From Nitrospinota bacterium (GTDB lineage: Bacteria > UBA8248): 55,314 nt of DNA. The DNA lies in NCBI GenBank assembly GCA_030754595.1, contig JASLZZ010000110.1, positions 1-55,314 of the forward strand. Direction: 5' to 3'. Positions 40,901-49,759 of this stretch are shown one piece after another. Within the stretch, counting starts at the first letter, position 1. Every line of letters begins with the position of its first letter. The position numbers and the translations under genes are program-made. Below the pieces are notes generated by a model. The model did no database searches. It saw nothing but the letters and a program-made list of their open reading frames with translations, and was not told the origin of the DNA.

Positions 40901-41077
40901 GGGCAGGGAGAGTGACAGTTTTTTTTCTTTATCGGAGAAAATCACCTCGCCGTACCCGAGATTCGGTCCCTCGAGCAGCCAGAAGGCCACCAGTATGGAG
41001 AGTGCAAGAAACCCTTTTCCGATTAGAGGTATTTTTAGCATAAAAAATATTCTATTCTCGGGAATCATCCCAGTCAC
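37931..41077 (-). CDS. Large tetratricopeptide-repeat protein (~1040 aa), probably exported
   Basis: N-terminal hydrophobic signal; many BamD/YbgF-like TPR units (e.g. YPKSAAA, HPKSPLAAAAYLRVG, FPDNPLSSDALLGIG). Confidence 0.85.
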   Translation of the reverse strand: MTGMIPENRIFFMLKIPLIGKGFLALSILVAFWLLEGPNLGYGEVIFSDKEKKLSLSLPEVVIESPDIERLVAQRVRPTPPRQLGVVIPKIFPRAKMPEFSLPRRPQPRERKPDPELAKVMGGLSRLFGSSEKIYESGLAYMKKDAPVEALSYFEEAYKSADSPRLKAAAQYWAAETLERLGRKKESLQRRRSLSKATPRFAEPYRSAALYALAENRCEERDYEGCLGWLDKGKWRLGKFASGEARLLRAWVQIQLKAWLRAIDIFRLLVSEEPDKALNPLVSMGHLYFSKGEFAKAERAYLRAEAIRTPRGRKDAELLGEALGGVGWARLLLGRIEEASRAFSLFIKRHPNHPLMPLVETGLLAVRIETDWKNAGRLVDRFVEKYPANEQIGPLRLQLAWALFRARDYRRAQKLAASVSDIYPLGRIYRLGRIIEGLSLYHLGEVGKAYGVLRTGAERPPAGGRERIAEQSAARSAAMATAFAAFRLKDYQGAQAVLERWAFPPGTNKNSKASDNEAALWYGEAALEANDLDRARRAFEKISEDANEWYPARAALAWIHYRKKEWRQAALMFDRVFSMKPLGPLAAEALARGGEARFNLGDYAGTLRAFERIEKEYAGGRVAHEALLEKGKLLFRRSRLEEASKVFGVYLERYPKSAAATEVEFWVALIWYRQGRYKIARESLLAFSKRHPKSPLAAAAYLRVGDSFYNQGLYSQADQAYRLLMGRYPGSPQVREAAYGLILTRLQQNDTNRFISEARKFIDSYGEDEFAIALGFQVGEIHLTQGDLTGALRAYRELEARYKSSELAAHALLRIASIHRRRNELDAALDAYESLMNRFPDNPLSSDALLGIGESLAGVGRCAEAREKLGVFLERYPRHDYRQIALYEQGRCMAKLGDLTESVTHLKKVIVGGYDGSSLQINASLLLAALLSKQGKLGEAAEALNLALLSHDPKVAAEALYRRADILSRQNDRQAASEFLKLTYQFAGQTMWVTRALARAGELYEKTGKRTIALRIFQKMRNVAPKGPMRKKAEEAIVRLSRQSSPRQ

Positions 41078-43752
41078 CGAAGAAGGGGCACTTGTCTTTT
41101 TTCTTTTTCATCACGTTCCTCAACCGCCATCAGATACGACTTGATTTTTTTGACACGCCCGGCAGCCTGGCGAGCCTCCTTGGCAATCAGAGAGTTATCT
41201 TGAGCATCGACCGGGGACAGCCGGGAAATTCGGGAATAAAAATCAAGTGCACGCTTCCACTCTCCACGCCGTTCGAGGAGGGCCGCCGCTCGCCAGGCCG
41301 CTGCACGCCTCCATTTGGACACCCCCAAATCGAACTCGGATATGCGCTCATATGATTTCAAGGCTTCATCCAAATCCCCTTTGTCTTCGAAATACAGAGC
41401 AAGTTGATATCTTGCGGGTTCAGCTATCCGAGCAAGGTGAGAACGTTCGGCAATGCGATAGGCTTCGAGAGCCGATTCTCTTTTCCCCTCGCCTGTTTCA
41501 AGAAAACCAAGCCGAAGCGCAGCTTCGGAAACTTTTTCATCACCCGGAAATTCACTTAAAAACGATGCGTATACTTTTGCCGCTCTCGCCGGATCTCCAG
41601 TATTCTCCACGGCAACTCCCAACTGAAATACGACCTCCGAATCAGATGGCGCCAAAATTCTGATATCTTCAAGCAAAGAAGCGGCCTCAAGGAATTTTCT
41701 TTGTTTGAGGAAACAAGAAGCCACGATCCGCAATAAGCCTATCCGCAATGATTTGTCCGGTTCGGAAGAAAGCGCCCGGCGGGCAATCTCAACGGCCCTT
41801 GGGCAATTTCCCGCCTTGACGAGGACAGTTGCCCACAGGAGAAATCCATCCCCCTGACTAGAGGGCGCAAGGGCGCCCCAATATTCAAACGCCTTAATGG
41901 CACCGGTCCAATTACCCGCGGAAGCGGCATCCTGAGCAAACATTAACCAAATCCGTTTCCTACTCTCCAGATCGGCGCTTTCATCCATCGCTACAGGCAA
42001 CAGGACAGAGCGGCTTTCCTCTATTTTACCGCTCTCGCGAAGGAGACGTCCTGCATTCAATCGAGCCTCTCTTTGCATATTCACCGGCAGCAGAGGTAAA
42101 GACTCCATCAACCGCCGAAGCGCCTCTTCATTATTGCCCCGCGCTTCTGAAATTTCGGCAAGGCGCAATCTGGCGCGCGAACCCAGCCCGAGCCGCCTTT
42201 GGCCCGTAAGAACCCTTCCAAAGTACAATTCGGCTTCATCCAGCTTCTCTTCACGAAAAGCACATTCACCGCGAAGCGAAGCCACTTCCACTCTCTTTTT
42301 TTCGGGGACTGCCTTCCGAGGCACCTTTGTGGCGAGACGAAGAGCCGACTTGCATTTTCCTTCGTTGAAATATGTTCCCGCCGCGCGAAGCGCACCTTGA
42401 TACACCTCGTCCAAAAGCTTCGGATGAACCGCTTTGTCGTCCATTTTCAATTCATCCATTTGAAGCAAAATCCCTTCATACCTTAATGCAGCCTCTTTGG
42501 GATGACCCGACTCCTCTAAAATCTCCGCCAATCGCAATTCAGCCATGAGTCTGAACGGCAATTGACCTTTTGAAGTGGCCACATTTTTATAGTGCTTGAC
42601 CGCTTCTACTTCCATCCCGGCGGACTGCAGGCAATTCGCAAACATTAGCCGCTTTCCGACATTCAACTCCGCACTGCGCCCTTCTATTCTAATAGCAAAA
42701 CGGAGCGATTCCCTTCCGTTCCAACCGCATCCTCCCGAAAGCTTCAGACTTTCGATAAATCGGGCCAAGAAACGGGTATTCTCTTCTTCTCCCAGTATCA
42801 AGCGGCGATAAGAATCGGCCGCCCGCTGATATTTCTTATCGTTCCACCATGATTCGGCAACTCCGCGCTCTGCTGTCCTTTTCTGTTCCCCGAAGAGATG
42901 GAGGTTAAGAGATTCTTCAAACTCCCTTGCCGCAGCTTCATATTTCTTTTGGCCATATAAACTAGCCGCCAGCGCAAGGCGTAAATCGGGACTCTTCACC
43001 TCCTCGGGACTATTTTTCATCACCTCTTTGAATATACTTTCCGCCTGAACGTATTTTTTGAGCTCGAATTTGACGAACCCCAGACGACGGCGGGCGGCAT
43101 GTCCCTTTTTGCTCTTTGGAAAGCGGTCAATGGCTAATTGATACGCTTTTCCCGCCTCATCAAACCGCCTTAACCGATCAAGCGCTCTCGCCCTCTCATA
43201 TAAGGCCGGTTCCACACGGGGATCGTCGGGCGCCAGGTCGATGAACTCCTTAAGAGCAGCCGAGGCTCCCATCCACTCCCGGCCCTTCATGCAAAGCAAG
43301 GCTACCCGGTAAATGGATTCAGCTCGGAGCGGCCCCTTTGGGATCGACTTATAGACCCTGGTGGCGCTTGCCTGATCACCCAATTTCTCGAATATCTCGG
43401 CCATTCGAAATCGTATGCCGACGGCTCTCTTGTCTTTGGGATGCCTGGAAAGGAACTCCCTATGCGCTAGAATGGCCTCCTTGAACCTTTTTCCACGACG
43501 AAGAGCCTCGGCAAGAAAATAGCGTGCATTCGTCGAATGATCCCCCCCGGGCTGGAGACGCAAGTAGCGCATGAGGGCATTCGCAGCCGGATCGTAGAAT
43601 TCATCCTGAAAGGCGTTTAACCCGAATAACAGAATATCTTTCGGTTTTTCTCGAACTTGAGCGATAGCGGCCATGGGGCAGGTCATCAACACGGCCCATA
43701 CACACAAGGCCTGCAAAATTCTTCGGTTTCCGGCATTCTCCTGAAAACCCAC
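41074..43752 (-). CDS. Large tetratricopeptide-repeat protein (~890 aa), probably exported
   Basis: Signal-peptide-like N-terminus and repeated TPR helices (ARYFLAEAL, ALYERARAL, AALRLG). Confidence 0.85.
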   Translation of the reverse strand: MGFQENAGNRRILQALCVWAVLMTCPMAAIAQVREKPKDILLFGLNAFQDEFYDPAANALMRYLRLQPGGDHSTNARYFLAEALRRGKRFKEAILAHREFLSRHPKDKRAVGIRFRMAEIFEKLGDQASATRVYKSIPKGPLRAESIYRVALLCMKGREWMGASAALKEFIDLAPDDPRVEPALYERARALDRLRRFDEAGKAYQLAIDRFPKSKKGHAARRRLGFVKFELKKYVQAESIFKEVMKNSPEEVKSPDLRLALAASLYGQKKYEAAAREFEESLNLHLFGEQKRTAERGVAESWWNDKKYQRAADSYRRLILGEEENTRFLARFIESLKLSGGCGWNGRESLRFAIRIEGRSAELNVGKRLMFANCLQSAGMEVEAVKHYKNVATSKGQLPFRLMAELRLAEILEESGHPKEAALRYEGILLQMDELKMDDKAVHPKLLDEVYQGALRAAGTYFNEGKCKSALRLATKVPRKAVPEKKRVEVASLRGECAFREEKLDEAELYFGRVLTGQRRLGLGSRARLRLAEISEARGNNEEALRRLMESLPLLPVNMQREARLNAGRLLRESGKIEESRSVLLPVAMDESADLESRKRIWLMFAQDAASAGNWTGAIKAFEYWGALAPSSQGDGFLLWATVLVKAGNCPRAVEIARRALSSEPDKSLRIGLLRIVASCFLKQRKFLEAASLLEDIRILAPSDSEVVFQLGVAVENTGDPARAAKVYASFLSEFPGDEKVSEAALRLGFLETGEGKRESALEAYRIAERSHLARIAEPARYQLALYFEDKGDLDEALKSYERISEFDLGVSKWRRAAAWRAAALLERRGEWKRALDFYSRISRLSPVDAQDNSLIAKEARQAAGRVKKIKSYLMAVEERDEKEKRQVPLLR

Positions 43753-43755
43753 CGC

Positions 43756-44598
43756 CTACTCCTTAAGTGGTAGGTTGTCGATTAGTCGAATTTCACCCAC
43801 CTTTGCGGCAATGACCATTCGCGAAGAATCGAGGGCCACTTCAAGTTGTTCCAGAGTGTCCGGATCGATCACCTCGATATAATTGATTTCAGCTTTCGCC
43901 TTCTCGAGTTCCTCGCGGACCACCTTTTTGAACTCGCTTACTTCTCTTTCACCAGCAACGAAAAGGTCTTGTGCCTTGTAAAGTCCTCGGCTGATGGAAA
44001 GCGCTCTATTGCGCTCATTTTCCCCAAGATTGGCGTTTCGGCTACTTATCGCCAGTCCGTCCTTTTCCCTCACTGTAGAACATCCAATTACATTAACCCC
44101 CAAATTGAGGTCCAGAACCATCCGGCGAATTAAGACAAGCTGTTGATAATCCTTCTCGCCCAGATAAACCCTTTCCGGCCGGCAGATGGAAATCAGTTTG
44201 GCCACCACCGTAGCCACTCCCCGGAAATGGCCGGGTCGATTTGCTCCGCAAAGACCAGCCGCCAGGGATGGAACCTCAACCCAGGTGTCAAATCCTTTTT
44301 CAAACATCGCTTCGGCGGAGGGGGCGTAAACAGCAGCGACGTTTTGGTCTTTGCAAATTTTCAGATCCGGATCGAGTGAGCGCGGGTAAAAATCAAAATC
44401 TTCGTTGGGACCAAACTGGGTGGGATTGACAAATATACTGACCACAACCGCGGCACATTCCTTTGCCGCACGCTTGATTAAGCTAATATGTCCATCGTGG
44501 AAGGCCCCCATCGTCGGCACCAAGCCCAAGGGGGAGGCCTTTGACCGAAGAGCGTCGGCCGTCGTTTGCATTTCGGCCGGAGATTTAATTATTTTCAT
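43756..44598 (-). CDS. panC: Pantoate--beta-alanine ligase
   Basis: VPTMGAFHDGH, SIFVNPTQF, RPGHFRGV, GEKDYQQ, REKDGLAISSRN and RLIDN motifs. Confidence 0.95.
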   Translation of the reverse strand: MKIIKSPAEMQTTADALRSKASPLGLVPTMGAFHDGHISLIKRAAKECAAVVVSIFVNPTQFGPNEDFDFYPRSLDPDLKICKDQNVAAVYAPSAEAMFEKGFDTWVEVPSLAAGLCGANRPGHFRGVATVVAKLISICRPERVYLGEKDYQQLVLIRRMVLDLNLGVNVIGCSTVREKDGLAISSRNANLGENERNRALSISRGLYKAQDLFVAGEREVSEFKKVVREELEKAKAEINYIEVIDPDTLEQLEVALDSSRMVIAAKVGEIRLIDNLPLKE

Positions 44599-44848
44599 TA
44601 TAGTACCCATGGTGCCGAAATCGAAATTTTCGGGTAAGGGCGCCTTACCGATGGGGAACCACCGAATCTTCAGCGCCAGCCAAGGAAGAGAGGGGGGCAT
44701 CAAAGGGAATGAATTCCACCCGGAGTTCCTTGGACCGAGACCCTCGAAAAAAGGCGGACTGGGGGAATATTCTCAAACTTCGATGGATGAATACAAGGAT
44801 GAATACTAACAGATTTTATGAATTTCAGAGGGAAAGACAAAAAACGCC

Positions 44849-45358
44849 TCACTCCCAGGCATTGTCGAGCCGCCTCACCCAGGGTCCATCATCCGGAAGA
44901 CCGCTCAGAAGATTGACCGCGGTTTTCCCTTGGACCGGGTGAAGCACATCGGGATCGATCTCGACCAGAGGCTCCAAAACAAACCGCCGCATGTGCATTC
45001 GGGGATGGGGAACCTTGAAATCCGGGGCCTCTATAATGCAGTCCGAAAAAAGCAGCAAATCAATATCGATCAAGCGAGGTCCCCAACGTACGGTTCTCCT
45101 CCTGCCCATCCTTTCCTCCACGCAAAAGATAACCCCCAGGAAATCACGGGGCGACAGGCTGGTGCGCCATTCGGACACGGAATTGAGAAACGGGGGCTGG
45201 GCAATCGGACCAACTGGCTCAGTCATGTAAAACGACGACGAGGCGACAAATCGAAGGCCATCGACTGTTTTCAGACGGCCCATCGCCTCCTTGATTTGGC
45301 GCTCGGGCTCAATTTGGTTGGCACCCAAAGAGACGAACGCACGTGCCTCCCCTGTCAA
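44849..45358 (-). CDS. folK: 2-amino-4-hydroxy-6-hydroxymethyldihydropteridine diphosphokinase
   Basis: SLGAN, QPPFLN, RWGPRLIDIDLL and PHPRMHMRRFVLEPL motifs. Confidence 0.94.
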   Translation of the reverse strand: MTGEARAFVSLGANQIEPERQIKEAMGRLKTVDGLRFVASSSFYMTEPVGPIAQPPFLNSVSEWRTSLSPRDFLGVIFCVEERMGRRRTVRWGPRLIDIDLLLFSDCIIEAPDFKVPHPRMHMRRFVLEPLVEIDPDVLHPVQGKTAVNLLSGLPDDGPWVRRLDNAWE

Positions 45359-46530
45359 TACCCCGCCTTCTCCATCCGACTGATGGCCTCACGAATACGC
45401 TCCTCGGAAACGGTCAGCGCCATTCGGACAAAACCCTCTCCCGAGGGGCCAAAACCGTTGCCGGGTGTCGTCACCACACCACAATTCTTGAGAAGGTGCG
45501 CTGTAAATTCAGCCGATGTGTAGCCCTCAGGACAGGAAACCCAGACATAAAATGTCGCTTTGGGGGTATCGGCCTTCAATCCGATTTTCGCGAGGCCCTC
45601 GAGCATTACATCACGTCGCCCTTGATAGGTCCGGCACATTTCCTCAACACAACCCTGATCTGCCTCTAGGGCACAGATCGCCGATTCCTGGACCGCTTGG
45701 AATACTCCCGAATCGACGTTTGTCTTTATGGCTCCCAACCCTGACAGAACGTCTGAATTACCCACAGCAAAGGCGATTCGCCAGCCCGTCATGTTGTAGG
45801 TTTTAGAGAGTGAGTGAAATTCTACACCTACCTCCTTTGCGCCCTTTGCGTTCAAAAAACTCACCGGACGGTAGCCGTCGAAAGCCATCTCGGAGTAGGC
45901 GATGTCGCTACAAACGATAATTCCGTGGCTGACGGCAAACTCCACAACCTCATTGTAAAAATCCACTTCAGCACAAGCCGAAGTGGGATTATTCGGATAA
46001 TTCAGGAACATGAGTTTGGATTTTTTAGTCACCTCCGAGGGAATCGCCCCCAAATCAGGGAGAAACCCCCTTTTCTCCTCGAGAGGCATGAAATGCACTT
46101 GGCCGTCGGCGAAATAGGTTCCGATCTCATACACCGGATAAGCCGGGTCCGGCACGAGGACGTAATCACCTGGATTGATAAAAGCCAGCGGAATGTGAGC
46201 AATACCCTCCTTTGAGCCAATGAGGGAGAGCACTTCCGACCCATGGTCGAGACTGACACCGAAGCGTTTTTCGTACCACCGGGCGCAGGCCTGCCGGAAG
46301 CTTCCCATCCCTTCGTAGGAGGGATACTGGTGATTCTGGGGGCGCCTGGCCGACGCGGAGAGTTCATCAATAATATGGCCCGGCGTGGGGAGATCGGGAT
46401 CGCCGATTCCCAGGCTAATGATGTCCCAACCATCGTCCTGGGCTTCTTTCTTCATCAGATCGATTTGAGCAAAAAGATAGGGGGGAAGGCGTTTCAGGCG
46501 GTCGGTCCGCTCAATTGCAATAGAAGACAT
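45355..46530 (-). CDS. dapL: LL-diaminopimelate aminotransferase
   Basis: LPPYLFA, LGIGDPD, LIGSKEGIAH, YPNNPT, SLSKTYNMTGWR and PGNGFG motifs; typical folK adjacency. Confidence 0.88.
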   Translation of the reverse strand: MSSIAIERTDRLKRLPPYLFAQIDLMKKEAQDDGWDIISLGIGDPDLPTPGHIIDELSASARRPQNHQYPSYEGMGSFRQACARWYEKRFGVSLDHGSEVLSLIGSKEGIAHIPLAFINPGDYVLVPDPAYPVYEIGTYFADGQVHFMPLEEKRGFLPDLGAIPSEVTKKSKLMFLNYPNNPTSACAEVDFYNEVVEFAVSHGIIVCSDIAYSEMAFDGYRPVSFLNAKGAKEVGVEFHSLSKTYNMTGWRIAFAVGNSDVLSGLGAIKTNVDSGVFQAVQESAICALEADQGCVEEMCRTYQGRRDVMLEGLAKIGLKADTPKATFYVWVSCPEGYTSAEFTAHLLKNCGVVTTPGNGFGPSGEGFVRMALTVSEERIREAISRMEKAGY

Positions 46531-46945
46531 TGGACTCCTCAGTCTGAAAGAGAATGATACGAATTTAGGGATATATAACAAAGAACCCCGAAAATATCGA
46601 TTTCGTTGGAAAGAAATTTCAGACTTCCCCGCCTTCGACAAGCAAAAACCTTAGAAAACAAAGCGAAACACCTGAATATTGTCTAAAATAGATGATATTT
46701 CTCCGATGACTCATTGGAATTTAATGTTTTATTCGATCCTAATAAATACTACGCTTCGTCCGATAAAGAGTTGTAGCGATATGTATTTGAAATTTAAGGA
46801 AAGTGCGGTTGCCGGACAACATGGGGCCAGCCATTCGCCTGGATCGTTCTCCCGCCACCTTCAGGAGATTGATCGGCTGGGTTGTTCGCGGCGAGGTCTC
46901 ATGTCGAGACCGCCTAGGAAGGGGGGAAAACGGAAGGAGTAGCAA

Positions 46946-48114
46946 ATGGTAGCGCCTAACCTCCGTATCCTTCTCGTCGAAGACCAGGGTGAGTTGCGGC
47001 ACACCTTCGTCGCCATGCTCAAGCGCATGGGCGCCGCCGCCGTTCACAATGCGCCGAGCGGCGAGGAAGCCCTTGAAACAATCTCCCAGACCCCTATCGA
47101 TTTCATCATCTCCGAGTGGAGCCTCCCCGAAATGAGCGGGATGGACCTCCTCCGCGAGGTCAGAGAAAACCCCATCACATCGGGCATCCCCTTCATTATG
47201 CTCAGCAATCAGGGCGAACTCAGTGAAGACGAGATCGCCAAGTCGTCGGACTACGACGTAGACGGCCATCTCCTCAAACCTCTGAATCACAAACGTTTCG
47301 AATCCCAGGTCAAGGAAAGTCTAGAAAAGCGGGCAGATTTCATGGAGACCTCCGTCCGCCTGGCCCGGGCGGCCGCGTTCGTCGATATCAGCGCCGCCAA
47401 GGAGGTCGAGATCACCTCGGCCCAGGAAGAAAAACCCGAATCCTCGCGAGTTTGGGTCGAATCGGGCCAACTCTTCGAGGCCCTCGGCGACGATACGAAG
47501 GCCAAGAAAAGCTATGTCCAGGCAGCCGAGGTGGACGAGGATTGCGCCAAGGCCTACGAGGGAATGTCCAATATCCTCACCAAGGAGGGGAAATCCGACG
47601 AAGCCTTCAAACTCCTCCAAAAAGCGGTGAAAATCTGCCCCCGGAACCGCGACCGGCAGATGAAAATGACCAAACATCTCCTCGATTCCGGAGACGAGGA
47701 GGCCGCCCGTGTCGCCCTCCACAAGGCGCTCGAATACGAAACGACCCCGCCGCCCGGAGCGCCGCGGCCGCCGAATTTTTCATGGAAACCGGGCGCGCCG
47801 ACCTCGCCGAGGTCGAGTACGCCTTCGCCCTCGAGGCCGACCCCGAAAACGTCCACTACTTCAACAGGCTGGGCCTCGCCTTCCGCCGCCAGAAAAAATT
47901 CAGGGAAGCCATCGAAAACTACCGGAAAGCCAACGCCATCGCCCCCGACGACGCCGTCGTCTTCTACAACATGGCCATCGCCCTCGCCAAAAGCGGGGAC
48001 TTCAACCAGGCCATCGGTTCCCTCCGCCGGGCGCTGGTTCTCCAACCCCAGTTCCCCCAGGCCGAACACGCACTCAAAAACCTTCAGGTAAAAGCCGGAC
48101 AGGTCCCGGCCTAG
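46946..48114 (+). pseudogene. Response-regulator receiver + TPR protein, frameshifted near 47740
   Basis: REC domain (ILLVED...IISEWSLP...LLKP), then TPRs continuing in another frame (YFNRLGLAFRRQKKF...FYNMAIA). One missing A in GAAACGACC restores the frame. Confidence 0.78.
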
Positions 48115-48115
48115 A

Positions 48116-48270
48116 CCGCCCCGACCAAGGAGGCGGTCTCCGCCCCGACTAAGGAGGGGCCCTCTGCCCCGGCCAAGGTGAGGCTGCCCCGATAGGTAGG
48201 CGGCCCCGACAGGAGGTCGCCTCGCCTCCCTCCGCCCCTAGGCCCCCCCGACTAATGAGGGGGCCTCCGC
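48116..48270. repeat. Degenerate tandem repeat array (~17-24 bp units)
   Basis: CCGCCCCGACCAAGGAGGCGGTCT, CCGCCCCGACTAAGGAGGGGCCCT, CTGCCCCGGCCAAGGTGAGG, CTGCCCCGATAGGTAGG, CGGCCCCGACAGGAGG and CCCCGACTAATGAGGGGGCCT. Confidence 0.7.
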
Positions 48271-48707
48271 GCCAGGCCGGGGGTGAATGAAGGGCCTGGG
48301 TTAAGACCGCAAGAAGCCACCAGCCTAGCCCTGGTACAGGCTCCCCTATTCCAAGCCCATACCTGCACTATTTACCCTGGAAATAAACGGAAAACTCTAA
48401 AAATCGCCGGAAAAAAGAAAACCCCCGCATTAAAAAGAACGACAAAGCCTAGAAACGTGACCAATCCCCCGGCCCCGGCCGTGGTCCCTTGGCCCTCCGG
48501 TAAAACACTCTCCTGCAGCGCCCACTCCAGTTGGGAGGTAGCGACCACTCCCGTCGGGAAGGCGCTACCCTCCGGGGGTATAATCCTTTCCGCCCCTTAT
48601 GGTACTATTCAGCCCGTTTACGGTTCCGGGCCGTCTCCCTTGAGCGGCCTCCGGAAATTGCTTCGCCCGCATCAACCTAAGCACCATGTTTGGAGGGAAT
48701 CGCTCCG

Positions 48708-49670
48708 ATGACCCACGTCATCGCGGAACCATGCGTCGGAACCAAAGATACGGCCTGCGTCGAAGTCTGCCCCGTTGATTGTATCCATCAGGCCGAGGAC
48801 GAATCGAGCGAAATGCTCTACATCGAGCCCTTCGAATGCATCGACTGCGCCGCCTGCGTTCCCGCCTGCCCGGTGGACGCTATCTTCGCTGAGGCCGATT
48901 TGCCGTCCAAATGGTCGAAATACACCCAGATGAACGCCGATTTTTTTACCTCGGGCGCAGGAGCGGCGGCGGCCCCGGCGGCGGGCGGAGAAGCTGCGGC
49001 GGCCCCGGCCAAGAAAAAAGAACCGGAGCCGAAGCCTCTCGTTCCCCTCGAACTCAAGCCGGAAGAAATTTACCAATCCCTTTCGGATCTGCGCGGCGAC
49101 CTCGCCGAACAGCGCCGGATGAGCGATGCCGATCTCAGAGCCCGAAAATCCCCGGCGGTTGTCGGCCTCGCCGCCGCCGCCGTCATACTTTTCGCGTTCG
49201 CGATATGGAACAACTTCTCGAAGGCGACGAACTTCTCGCTCTACGCCCAGCTCGGCGCTCTCGCTATCGGCGGTAAAAAACCGAACCTCGCCGGCGGCGA
49301 ATACACGATTAGCCGCAGACTCGGAGGCAGGGAGTACCGGGTGAAAGTGTCCGACTCGATATTCGGCGCCAGAACGCTGACCCTCCTGGTTCCCGCCAAA
49401 CCCTTCGGAGACGATATCTACCACCGGGACGAAAAATTCTTCGCCGCGAACCAAAACGAGGACAGCCGGTTTTTTTATGTGTTCGTTGATCGGAAAAGTA
49501 ACGGAACCCTCGATTCGGCCCTCAAGGTCCGGGAATTCTGGTCAAAGGAAAACCGCTTCCTCGGCCGGTATCAAAAACCGTTGCCGCCGAACGGAGAGCT
49601 TCAAAAAATTTACCGGGATGCGGCCCGAAAGCTGGGCGGCAAGCTGGGACTCGTTAAATCGGGGACCTGA
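48708..49670 (+). CDS. 7Fe-type (FdxA-like) ferredoxin fused to Ala/Pro linker, TM helix and unknown C-terminal domain
   Basis: MTHVIAEPCVGTKDTACVEVCPVDCI...ECIDCAACVPACPVDAI; linker GAGAAAAPAAGGEAAAAPAKKKEPEP; TM AVVGLAAAAVILFAFAIW. Confidence 0.8.
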   Translation: MTHVIAEPCVGTKDTACVEVCPVDCIHQAEDESSEMLYIEPFECIDCAACVPACPVDAIFAEADLPSKWSKYTQMNADFFTSGAGAAAAPAAGGEAAAAPAKKKEPEPKPLVPLELKPEEIYQSLSDLRGDLAEQRRMSDADLRARKSPAVVGLAAAAVILFAFAIWNNFSKATNFSLYAQLGALAIGGKKPNLAGGEYTISRRLGGREYRVKVSDSIFGARTLTLLVPAKPFGDDIYHRDEKFFAANQNEDSRFFYVFVDRKSNGTLDSALKVREFWSKENRFLGRYQKPLPPNGELQKIYRDAARKLGGKLGLVKSGT

Positions 49671-49688
49671 CCCGGCCGCGAGCTCATG

Positions 49689-49724
49689 AAAAATGCTGCC
49701 CGGCTGAGCCGGGCAGCATTTTTT
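49689..49724. terminator. Bidirectional rho-independent terminator
   Basis: Perfect inverted repeat AAAAATGCTGCCCGGCT-G-AGCCGGGCAGCATTTTT between convergent genes. Confidence 0.85.
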
Positions 49725-49759
49725 ACTCATAACCCTTATTCGCTCAAACAGTCCAACAA

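Noticed and set aside
48116..48270. CRISPR array
   Set aside because: The units are degenerate and adjacent, with no 30-40 bp unique spacers and no cas genes.
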